From assembly GCA_965200965.1 (NCBI GenBank), contig OZ241744.1, positions 2,816,001 through 2,880,000 of the forward strand: 64,000 nucleotides of DNA. The letters are read 5' to 3'. The notes under the pieces are model-generated. The model had not been told where the DNA came from. It saw only the letters and a program-made list of their open reading frames with translations, and made no database searches. A program made the position numbers and the translations under genes. The stretch is from an uncultured Candidatus Binatia bacterium (GTDB lineage: Bacteria; Desulfobacterota; Binatia; Bin18). This document shows positions 12,901 to 22,162 of the stretch, in pieces. Numbering within the stretch: the stretch's first letter is position 1; each line of letters begins with the position of its first letter.

Positions 12901-15900
12901 TATCGATCCACTTTCGAAAGGTCTATCCCCGCGTGTGCGGGGGAACCGGCCCTATCGCGTCTCATCATCGCCGGTCAGGAGGTCTATCCCCGCGTGTGCG
13001 GGGGAACCGCTCATATCCGGTACTAAAGTACCAGTCCGGAAGGTCTATCCCCGCGTGTGCGGGGGAACCACATGGATCCAGCGCCCAAACTCGGAAATGA
13101 CTGGTCTATCCCCGCGTGTGCGGGGGAACCTAGTGAATCTCACCACGCGATCGGACATGCTGAGGTCTATCCCCGCGTGTGCGGGGGAACCGGCCCTGGA
13201 GCCACCAACCAGGCGCAATCCAAGGGTCTATCCCCGCGTGTGCGGGGGAACCATGCATCTGAGGCATCAGGCATCCTCCCGAAAGGGTCTATCCCCGCGT
13301 GTGCGGGGGAACCTGGCAATGGATGAAGGGGCATGGGTGAAATTTAGGTCTATCCCCGCGTGTGCGGGGGAACCCGATAACGTGGACAACTCCAAGCCTC
13401 CCCAGGCGGTCTATCCCCGCGTGTGCGGGGGAACCACACCTCCTCTCTTAACTCGATCGTCTTGCTCCGGTCTATCCCCGCGTGTGCGGGGGAACCCCGG
13501 CCTTGGTAGAGGTACGCTGCAGGGCCTGAGGTCTATCCCCGCGTGTGCGGGGGAACCTATCCTGGACGAGCTCGGCGAACTAGAGGAGTGGGTCTATCCC
13601 CGCGTGTGCGGGGGAACCTCACTGGATGTAATCGCGCAGGCGGGCATCCAGGGTCTATCCCCGCGTGTGCGGGGGAACCACTGGCTAAGTCCGGCCTGGT
13701 CCCTGAGGTCCAGGTCTATCCCCGCGTGTGCGGGGGAACCGTCCGGCGCTCAACGGTGATCTGACATCCCGCAGGTCTATCCCCGCGTGTGCGGGGGAAC
13801 CGCACCAATGCCCAGGACGGGCCGAACCTGAACAGGTCTATCCCCGCGTGTGCGGGGGAACCCGTGCCCAGAAGATGGCTATTGGAGGTATCAGGGGTCT
13901 ATCCCCGCGTGTGCGGGGGAACCCAGTCAAAAACAGCATCCACCACGACCGACGGAGGTCTATCCCCGCGTGTGCGGGGGAACCGACTTTGGCACGGTCT
14001 GGCTTGGTTGGTCGATGGGTCTATCCCCGCGTGTGCGGGGGAACCACCCAATTAGCGCTTTGCCTGAAATACTCAAGCGGTCTATCCCCGCGTGTGCGGG
14101 GGAACCCTCGTGCGTCCAGTGCTACTGATCGGTGCTGCAGGTCTATCCCCGCGTGTGCGGGGGAACCTCACTGGATGTAATCGCGCAGGCCGCCATCCAG
14201 GGTCTATCCCCGCGTGTGCGGGGGAACCATCTGCTGGATACTGGTGTAGTCTCTGGCACGGGGTCTATCCCCGCGTGTGCGGGGGAACCTGATATGGCCT
14301 TCTCGTTCTGCCACGGAAGGACGGTCTATCCCCGCGTGTGCGGGGGAACCCTTCTTTGTCTCTTGCCACTTGGGATGGGTCCCGGTCTATCCCCGCGTGT
14401 GCGGGGGAACCACTTTCACCAAGGAGGTGGAGAGTATCCGGGGGGGTCTATCCCCGCGTGTGCGGGGGAACCCCGAAACGGGCCGGCGCATAGTAGAACC
14501 AATAAGGTCTATCCCCGCGTGTGCGGGGGAACCCTCGGACCGGAATATCCGGTCCGAATCCTATTGGGTCTATCCCCGCGTGTGCGGGGGAACCCCTGAC
14601 GCCGGCGAGATATTTGCTTGGCTCTCAGGTCTATCCCCGCGTGTGCGGGGGAACCGCCGGTGCCGGTAGAGGTCTACTGTCTGGTCTCGGTCTATCCCCG
14701 CGTGTGCGGGGGAACCATTGCCTGGACTTATGGGCGTATCTACGACAATGGTCTATCCCCGCGTGTGCGGGGGAACCAAGATAGGCCTGGATAGCCACAC
14801 GCATGGGCCGGGTCTATCCCCGCGTGTGCGGGGGAACCATGTCCGAAATGCCTTTAAGGCCCAGTACTGTCGGTCTATCCCCGCGTGTGCGGGGGAACCG
14901 AAAGATAATCGCGCATGACCTTACCACGGCGCGGTCTATCCCCGCGTGTGCGGGGGAACCCAGCGTGACCCCCGGCCGGTCATCCCAGACTGCGGTCTAT
15001 CCCCGCGTGTGCGGGGGAACCGATTACAAGGTGTACCGGAGAGCATCCAGCCGCGGTCTATCCCCGCGTGTGCGGGGGAACCAAATCTTACGCGATCACG
15101 GGTAAGGCCCGATGCGGTCTATCCCCGCGTGTGCGGGGGAACCGAGGACGGACTATGAAGAAGAAGCTCAAACCCAGGTCTATCCCCGCGTGTGCGGGGG
15201 AACCAACGATGCGACACCGACTGTGAGAAGGGTATCAGGTCTATCCCCGCGTGTGCGGGGGAACCGGGACGCGACCCCGAACTGAAAGAGTTCACAGGGG
15301 TCTATCCCCGCGTGTGCGGGGGAACCTTCCACTACGGACAAACTCACCTTATCGGGATGGGTCTATCCCCGCGTGTGCGGGGGAACCGGGGCTATGTTCT
15401 TCGTGCTGAATCGTTGCAGCGGTCTATCCCCGCGTGTGCGGGGGAACCATAAGCTCTGCGTTTACATCAGTCTCGACCGGGGGTCTATCCCCGCGTGTGC
15501 GGGGGAACCGTGGCGACCGAGAACTGACACATATCCCGGCCGGGTCTATCCCCGCGTGTGCGGGGGAACCACAGCTATCGGAAAGATGGATAAACCCAAA
15601 GCGGGTCTATCCCCGCGTGTGCGGGGGAACCGATGACCCTCATGCATCACCTTCAATCTCAAGAGGTCTATCCCCGCGTGTGCGGGGGAACCAGACATAG
15701 CCATCTTCCTGATTTCTTCCTTCTGGGTCTATCCCCGCGTGTGCGGGGGAACCCAGCCCAACCTCCGCCAGCGGGATTTCCTGGCCGGTCTATCCCCGCG
15801 TGTGCGGGGGAACCGCTGACGAACTCTATTCCCTGGCGGCGCTCAGCGGTCTATCCCCGCGTGTGCGGGGGAACCGAGCTTTCGCCGCGTCCACGAACAG

Positions 15901-17583
15901 CCTGTAGAGGTCTATCCCCGCGTGTGCGGGGGAACCGCCTATTGATCGCTCCCTTCCCTGACCTCTGCCGGTCTATCCCCGCGTGTGCGGGGGAACCGCC
16001 GTGGCGGTGGCCTCGGAGCCGTGAAGAGCGGGTCTATCCCCGCGTGTGCGGGGGAACCTATCAGAACATCCCCGCCGTAGTAGTCAGCCACGGTCTATCC
16101 CCGCGTGTGCGGGGGAACCGCCGCCAAGGACGCCAAGCTCACGGGCAAGTCAGGTCTATCCCCGCGTGTGCGGGGGAACCCACTATTCGGACGGATACCA
16201 GGCAGATACGGCAGGTCTATCCCCGCGTGTGCGGGGGAACCTGGAACATCAACGACCACACCGAGCTGGAAGTGGGTCTATCCCCGCGTGTGCGGGGGAA
16301 CCCCCAACATCCGCTTTCATCCAACTCTTCCTACCGGTCTATCCCCGCGTGTGCGGGGGAACCAGCGCCTCAAACCGGGCGTTCATCAACGCAAACGGTC
16401 TATCCCCGCGTGTGCGGGGGAACCCCGCTGCCCGGTTAGGATACTGCATGAGGACCAGGTCTATCCCCGCGTGTGCGGGGGAACCTCTCTGAGATTTCAC
16501 AGATCACAACCCCAAGCGGGTCTATCCCCGCGTGTGCGGGGGAACCGCCGTGAGCCGGGGATAGTCTCTCAATCCAGGAGGTCTATCCCCGCGTGTGCGG
16601 GGGAACCGCGGCGTCATCGCGCTCCTCGTCGAGTCGGCACGGTCTATCCCCGCGTGTGCGGGGGAACCCTGCTGAAGTCAAATATGACGTCCGTATTCAA
16701 CGGTCTATCCCCGCGTGTGCGGGGGAACCCTGGGGATGGCTCATGCTGTTGCCCCTTGCTTCGGTCTATCCCCGCGTGTGCGGGGGAACCTAACCAACCG
16801 CCCCTTCGGGGGCAATCCCAAGAGGTCTATCCCCGCGTGTGCGGGGGAACCATGACGTACCGAGCAAGCGCGAAGGCTATGGAGGGTCTATCCCCGCGTG
16901 TGCGGGGGAACCAGAAACCATCGGCCTAGGCGGGGTTTTGGCAGAGGTCTATCCCCGCGTGTGCGGGGGAACCATGCTGAAGATCATGCACGAAAAGCTC
17001 ACTGAGGGTCTATCCCCGCGTGTGCGGGGGAACCCCGCCAGCCCTCGCGCCATCGGGGTAGCCGTCAGGTCTATCCCCGCGTGTGCGGGGGAACCTATTC
17101 CTGGCCCGAAAATCCCGACGGGGTGAAGGGTCTATCCCCGCGTGTGCGGGGGAACCGTCTACAGCGAGGTCCATGATCTCGCCGTCAGCGGTCTATCCCC
17201 GCGTGTGCGGGGGAACCAGCTTCGCCATCGTGTCCTCCTCAATCTCAAGAGGTCTATCCCCGCGTGTGCGGGGGAACCGTCACATCAGCATAAGTCAGGG
17301 TCAAAAAGTAGGGTCTATCCCCGCGTGTGCGGGGGAACCACGCTAATGTGGTCCGGCGTGGGCATTGCGTCGGGTCTATCCCCGCGTGTGCGGGGGAACC
17401 AGTACCGTTGTCAGCCATTAGGGAGCCTCCGAAGGTCTATCCCCGCGTGTGCGGGGGAACCTGGACGACGCCGAGGATAGCGAAACCAATAGGGGGTCTA
17501 TCCCCGCGTGTGCGGGGGAACCTCCCACAAAGGACGGTATGAGACGCCCAAGAAGGGTCTATCCCCGCGTGTGCGGGGGAACC
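3954..17583 (-). CRISPR. Type I-E CRISPR array, ~224 repeats / ~223 spacers
   Basis: Repeat in transcribed sense is GGTTCCCCCGCACACGCGGGGATAGACC (28 bp; stem CCCCGC/GCGGGG), period 61 bp. Spacers are 33 nt (two of 32, one of 34). Leader lies next to cas2. Confidence 0.99.
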
Positions 17584-17661
17584 TCTCCTGATTTTATTAC
17601 ACTTTTGGCGCACTGCGTCCAGCGTCGGGTGTGGGAAGACGCGATTCGGATTGTCAAAGAG
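17584..17661 (-). promoter_or_regulatory. Short CRISPR leader with putative promoter
   Basis: 78 bp between the cas2 stop and the first repeat. CTCTTTGACAAT motif and a -10-like TAAAAT (17596-17591) 7 nt before the repeat. Confidence 0.6.
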
Positions 17662-17973
17662 CTAGGTATCCTGACCCGGACCCGGGCCGGTTCGCCTGGA
17701 GAGAATGACACCCTCCTGATCTACCAGCTCGACGGGGGGCGTGCCAAGGACGCGCACGGACTGCCCGCTTGGCTGGCGCGAGTCCTGCCAGGTCATGACA
17801 ATGGACCGCCCCCCAAGCCCGAGGAACCAGTCTGAGATCACTGCCCATATGCGGTCCCGGACACGCGCGGAGAGTCGTGGGGCGGTGTAGACCCCCGGCG
17901 CAATCTCCAGCATGCACGAGGCCAGAAACCCGCGGATGCGCGGGGCAACATCACGGGTGACTATGACTGTCAT
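17662..17973 (-). CDS. cas2: Type I-E Cas2
   Basis: MTVIVTRDVAPRIRGFLASCMLEIAPGVY...VRDRIW; directly follows cas1. Confidence 0.95.
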   Translation of the reverse strand: MTVIVTRDVAPRIRGFLASCMLEIAPGVYTAPRLSARVRDRIWAVISDWFLGLGGRSIVMTWQDSRQPSGQSVRVLGTPPVELVDQEGVILSRRTGPGPGQDT

Positions 17974-18832
17974 CGTCGTCAATCAACTGGATGATCCGGT
18001 CAATCATCTTTGTGATGAGTTTTGTCTGTCTGAAGCGCCGACCGGCCAGCCGTCGGACATGCCGTTCAAGCGGGATATGTCCGTTTGCGGAGTAGTGGCT
18101 GACCGCTTCAAAGGCGACCGGGATGGTGACTTCGGTCCTATACAGGTCTGCAATGTCGAGACAAAAGGCAATGGAAGCGTCCTCGTGGACAAAGCCGAGC
18201 GGGGGCAGGGTTCCAGTGGCGGCGACGGCCACAAGGGCCGCGGCTTCGGTGGCCGTCGCCGCGTGGTTGATGGCTTGATTGGGGTCGTCGGCTATGTCGG
18301 GGCGCTGCCTGTCGTAGCGGCGTCCGTACCAGTCAATGCCGTAGCGCTCGGCCAGCAGGCGGTAGGATTCTTTCATCCGGGCTCCTTCGATCCCGCGCAT
18401 GATGGCGATGTCCTGTTCGGGCAGGACTTCGCCCAGCCGCCAAGCGTACATCCGGCGGGCGGTCCGCAGCCGTGACCGTCGGTCGTTCCAGAGTTTCGCC
18501 TGACGGCGTGCTCGTCGTGAGTCGTTCGGCCCAAAGGGCTGGGCACTGTACATGCGCACGCCGTCTTCCCCAACGGCAACAAGGCCGGTCCCGTGTCGGG
18601 CCAGCAGCCGGAAAACGTCGTGGCTGACGGTTGAGCCAGGCCCGAGCAGAATGAATGAGATATTCTGAAAGGGGATGGCATAATCGCCGGCCTGCATATC
18701 CGCAGACCCGGCGGTGCGAAACCGCAAGGTCCCATCCTCTACGGTGAGATTTCCCCGCGCCAGCCACAACAGGCCGTGGCGGTCGGCGTGGGGGATCCGC
18801 GCCTCCTCCAGTCCTAATCTGCCTTTCAGCAC
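17951..18832 (-). CDS. cas1: Type I-E Cas1
   Basis: LLGPGSTVSH, RGIEGARMK, NQAINHA, LGFVH, DIADLY motifs; GTG start. Confidence 0.97.
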   Translation of the reverse strand: MLKGRLGLEEARIPHADRHGLLWLARGNLTVEDGTLRFRTAGSADMQAGDYAIPFQNISFILLGPGSTVSHDVFRLLARHGTGLVAVGEDGVRMYSAQPFGPNDSRRARRQAKLWNDRRSRLRTARRMYAWRLGEVLPEQDIAIMRGIEGARMKESYRLLAERYGIDWYGRRYDRQRPDIADDPNQAINHAATATEAAALVAVAATGTLPPLGFVHEDASIAFCLDIADLYRTEVTIPVAFEAVSHYSANGHIPLERHVRRLAGRRFRQTKLITKMIDRIIQLIDDDDSHSHP

Positions 18833-18834
18833 TG

Positions 18835-18862
18835 GGTCTATCCCTGCGTGTGCAGGGGAACC
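18835..18862 (-). repeat. Solo variant CRISPR repeat at the cas6e/cas1 junction
   Basis: GGTTCCCCTGCACACGCAGGGATAGACC is 26/28 identical to the array repeat; the two changes are a compensatory C-G to T-A pair in the stem. Confidence 0.92.
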
Positions 18863-19596
18863 GCCTTGGCGGCCGCGGGACGCAAGAGCAGCATTCCATA
18901 GCCGTAGGCGCGGTGCCGGCCAATGCCCCGGGCCAGCAGTTCGGCGAAGGTCCCGGCATTAGTAATGGTGAGGGTGCCCCGCATGAGCGCGTCCGGCCCC
19001 TCGCTAGAACGGGCGTGTCGCTTGCGAATAGCGCGGCTGCGCTGAAAGGATTGCAGGCCTGCCTTGCCTTCCAACTTTGCCCCGCCATGCCGCCCGAACT
19101 GCTTGGCCAGCCAGTCGCTATAGACCTCTTCACGGCTGCGCTTCATTTTCCTGTCCGGGTCCTCCTTCGGGTGCTGAAGGGCTTCCCATAAGAAAGCGTC
19201 GCACTCCGTATCTGCGCAATCGCCTGCACCACGGGGACGGCGGATAATGGGACGCACCCGCGTCTCAAAGCCGAGGCGCTTGCCGGTCTGCCAGGCTGCC
19301 GGCATGGGCTTGCTGTCGAGGCTGGCGGCAGGAATTACCCTGGCTTGGAGCGGGCAGGCATGGATGTCAGCCTCGGCGCGCAGGGCTTCGGCGTCAGCCT
19401 GCCCATAGCCGTACAGAACGCCGCGGGGCTGAGCGCGGCCGATCATCAGCCGAAAGGGCTTGGGGGCCAGTTCGCCGAACATTTCGGTCAGCAGGCAGTG
19501 CATGGCGTGGTCGCTGTCCTGCAAGCGCCTGGAGCCGGCCCAGCGCTGGAGGTTTTGCGCGTCTATGTCGGCGCGTATCATGTGGAGTGAGGCCAT
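18838..19596 (-). CDS. cas6e: Type I-E Cas6e (Cse3/CasE)
   Basis: C-terminal GIGRHRAYGYGMLLL Gly-rich loop. Start MASLHMIRAD follows AGGAG. Confidence 0.95.
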   Translation of the reverse strand: MASLHMIRADIDAQNLQRWAGSRRLQDSDHAMHCLLTEMFGELAPKPFRLMIGRAQPRGVLYGYGQADAEALRAEADIHACPLQARVIPAASLDSKPMPAAWQTGKRLGFETRVRPIIRRPRGAGDCADTECDAFLWEALQHPKEDPDRKMKRSREEVYSDWLAKQFGRHGGAKLEGKAGLQSFQRSRAIRKRHARSSEGPDALMRGTLTITNAGTFAELLARGIGRHRAYGYGMLLLRPAAAKAVPLHTQG

Positions 19597-19598
19597 AG

Positions 19599-20321
19599 TC
19601 AGGACTCCTTCCTGAAAGATGAATCGTTGCCTTCGCACACCAGCCGCCCGCCGCCGTGCAGGCCGGATAGCCAGTTGCGTTGGTCGGTAAGCGGATAGCT
19701 CCGGCTGGGGGCAATCGTTTCGATACCTTCGCCGTCGGGCCACAGCAGTTGTCGGGGGGTCGGCTCATCTGGTTCGGGGGCGCACAGGGCGGCCAGGGCG
19801 GTAGCGCCGTCGCGGCACTCGGCAAACAGCGGCGCTGAGGGCAGACACGGTTTGCGCCCGATGAACAGCGGACGCGCCGGCTCTTGCAGCGCCTCGGCTA
19901 GGTCGTCCAGGGTTGGCGCGTCGTCTGGCGGTTCCAGGCGCACGGCGAGGCTGACGCGCATATCGGCGAAGTAGTCGCGGTAGCGCAGATGGGGCGCGTC
20001 ATAGGTCTTCTGGCCGCCGGTCCGACCCTCGGGCTGTCCGCGCGTGGTCCAGGCCGTATCTTTGTCCCCGAGTTGCGCGGTCTGAAAGTCGGTCAGATGC
20101 GCATCGCCGGCCGGCTCCCGGTCAATGCGGGCGGCGAAAATTAGCCGGTCTTGCAAGTGCTGATGCTGCTCTCGCTGGGTGCGTCGCCAGCCCAGGGCAT
20201 TCGCGAACAGGCCGGTCAGCATGGACGCCGCGGGAAACTGGCGGATGACTCCATAATTGTCAATTGTCTCACCGCCAAAGGCCATAAGCGGGCTTTCCAG
20301 GTTCAGGATCAGATGCCGCAT
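19599..20321 (-). CDS. cas5e: Type I-E Cas5e (CasD)
   Basis: LILNLESPLMAFG, FPAASMLTGLFANALG, RDYFAD, LFIGRKPCLPS. Confidence 0.96.
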   Translation of the reverse strand: MRHLILNLESPLMAFGGETIDNYGVIRQFPAASMLTGLFANALGWRRTQREQHQHLQDRLIFAARIDREPAGDAHLTDFQTAQLGDKDTAWTTRGQPEGRTGGQKTYDAPHLRYRDYFADMRVSLAVRLEPPDDAPTLDDLAEALQEPARPLFIGRKPCLPSAPLFAECRDGATALAALCAPEPDEPTPRQLLWPDGEGIETIAPSRSYPLTDQRNWLSGLHGGGRLVCEGNDSSFRKES

Positions 20322-20323
20322 GA

Positions 20324-21538
20324 CTAACTCACCTCACCGTTGCGAACCGCGGCCGCGGCCCAGCTCGCCAGGTCGTCCAGGCACACGCGCTCGGCGTTGG
20401 GCAGATCGCAGTCTCCAACAGACATGATCCGCCGGCGCTCACGCACCCCATAGGCCGTATCGAGTTTGCCCAGATGTGTAGACAGGGCATCCGTTGCCGC
20501 GGCCACTTGGGGCTGAACTGGGTCGCGGAAGGCGTTAGCCAGGCTGCGCGGCTGGCGCACTCCGGCCTCAACCAGCATCAGGTCGGCGCAGCTATAGGGG
20601 GCGGTTGAGCCCAACTTTGCCCCGGGCGAGACAGTAGCAATGAGATGAAGCAGATGCTCAATCACCTTGCCGGCCAAGGTCGTATCCGCGTTCTTCCAAT
20701 CGCTGGCCGGGCAGCCCTCCAGGTTGGAAACCAAGCCTGGAACGTCCACCACCGCATAGCCGTAGAACAGCCCCGCGGTCAGTTCTACATCGCCGATGTG
20801 AGCCGCGCCGGCATCTTCGTCTTTTCGTTGAAGGTCGTCCACCACCGAGAAGTAATCGCTTTCGCTCTCTTCCTGATGCACGGTAAAGGCATGAGCGACA
20901 TGAACGGCGGCGTCAATGTTCGCGCCGGGGTCAGATGTCACCATGCGACCAAACAGCGCGCCTTCCAGCCCGCCGGGCAGGCGTGCCTGTTCCCGGAAAG
21001 CGCGAAAGTTGTTGCCTTCACCAAGTGATTTCTGTTTGAAAAGGTCGTCGGCAGCCGTCTTCGCAGCCTTGGCATCAGTGGGATGCTCAATACAGATCAC
21101 CCTAGCCTTCTCCTGAAGGTATTCAACTTCGGGAAGGCCGAGCAGAAGGGTCTGCCGATTTTTTCTGTCTTCCGCCTCCTTTGCGCCTTTCTCGTCTTTC
21201 TTGTCGCCCTTATACACGCCGTTGTTGAAAGCCTTCTTGACCGCATTGAGCACATCCTCTGCGACTTCGCCGGCCTCGCATAAGGGTTGTAAGGGCGGGA
21301 TTACCTTTTGCTCGACAACATTCCGGGAGCGTATCGCTTCCGCCGCGCCAGAAATGTTGCGGAGGGAGAACTCATCTTCCGCTACCCGCCAGTGTCGCTT
21401 GAGACACTGCGACGATATGCGGGTCCGTACCGCGCCGCCAAAAGGCATCCGCTTGGCGAGGCCGCTGTCATCCCGGTTCAGCAGGGCCGCCGGGTAGGAA
21501 TGCAGGGTATGAATCTGGAAAAAACGTGCTGTGGTCAT
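20324..21538 (-). CDS. cas7: Type I-E Cas7 (Cse4/CasC)
   Basis: IHTLHSYPAALLNRDDSG, RISSQCLKR, ALFGRM, VAHAFT, DYFSVVDD. Confidence 0.97.
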   Translation of the reverse strand: MTTARFFQIHTLHSYPAALLNRDDSGLAKRMPFGGAVRTRISSQCLKRHWRVAEDEFSLRNISGAAEAIRSRNVVEQKVIPPLQPLCEAGEVAEDVLNAVKKAFNNGVYKGDKKDEKGAKEAEDRKNRQTLLLGLPEVEYLQEKARVICIEHPTDAKAAKTAADDLFKQKSLGEGNNFRAFREQARLPGGLEGALFGRMVTSDPGANIDAAVHVAHAFTVHQEESESDYFSVVDDLQRKDEDAGAAHIGDVELTAGLFYGYAVVDVPGLVSNLEGCPASDWKNADTTLAGKVIEHLLHLIATVSPGAKLGSTAPYSCADLMLVEAGVRQPRSLANAFRDPVQPQVAAATDALSTHLGKLDTAYGVRERRRIMSVGDCDLPNAERVCLDDLASWAAAAVRNGEVS

Positions 21539-21565
21539 GGTCAATCTCCTTGTGGTGATGCTGTG

Positions 21566-22162
21566 TTAGTCTGTTGATTGCGGGGCATTGCGCCGCTCGG
21601 CCTGATAGTAGGTGCGGGCGATACCGCGGCGTGCTGCTTCGGCCTGTTTTTCGTTATAGCCATCGTTCAGGATGAAGAATGTCATTTCACGCCAGTTGAA
21701 GGGTTGGTTGGCAGCGGCCAACATGCGGAACAGCCGTGCCAGCAGAACACGCAGCATCGGCCCTCGTGCCGTCAGCAGTCGGTTCAGGCGTGTCTCGCTG
21801 TAGAAAGCGGCTGTCCGCCGGGCGTCACCGCCGAAGAACAACGCTCGGCCAACAGGCATCGATCCGTCGTGGGCGGAGCGTCGGTCAGCCGTGCCGGTCA
21901 TCAGCGCGATGCCGTGCAGGATGAGCGCCCATTTGCGTTCGAGGGTGGGGTTGCCCAACAGTTCCCGGTATGCCAGGAGCCGCCAGAAGGCCGCTGCATC
22001 GGGGGCGTCCGGGTCCATGCGCCGCAATTCGGCTAGATCGCCCCGGCGAAAATCGGGCTGTGATAGAACATGGGCAAAACCCGCCGCAATAGCGTCCCAA
22101 GTCTGCTGTTCGCCTTCCAGCGTCGGCGTAGCGGACGCTGGAAGAGGTTGCCTATGTGTCAT
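21566..22162 (-). CDS. cas11: Type I-E Cas11 (Cse2/CasB)
   Basis: GDLAELRR, SETRLNRLL, IARTYY; lies between cas8e and cas7. Confidence 0.88.
   Translation of the reverse strand: MTHRQPLPASATPTLEGEQQTWDAIAAGFAHVLSQPDFRRGDLAELRRMDPDAPDAAAFWRLLAYRELLGNPTLERKWALILHGIALMTGTADRRSAHDGSMPVGRALFFGGDARRTAAFYSETRLNRLLTARGPMLRVLLARLFRMLAAANQPFNWREMTFFILNDGYNEKQAEAARRGIARTYYQAERRNAPQSTD

Noticed and set aside
15632-17250. Two spacers sharing the end TCAATCTCAAGA
   Set aside because: Only 12 nt are shared and the remainder is unrelated; may be chance.
3954-17583. Self-targeting by main-array spacers
   Set aside because: None seen by eye within the window. An exhaustive alignment was not possible, so this is not excluded.
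4028-17835. Many ORFs with VYPRVCGGT / GLSPRVRGN / SIPACAGEP motifs
   Set aside because: They are translations of the stop-free CRISPR repeat.
18785-18800. GGATCCCCCACGC in cas1 as a second repeat after the solo repeat
   Set aside because: No hairpin, and explained by the Cas1 RIPHADR coding sequence.
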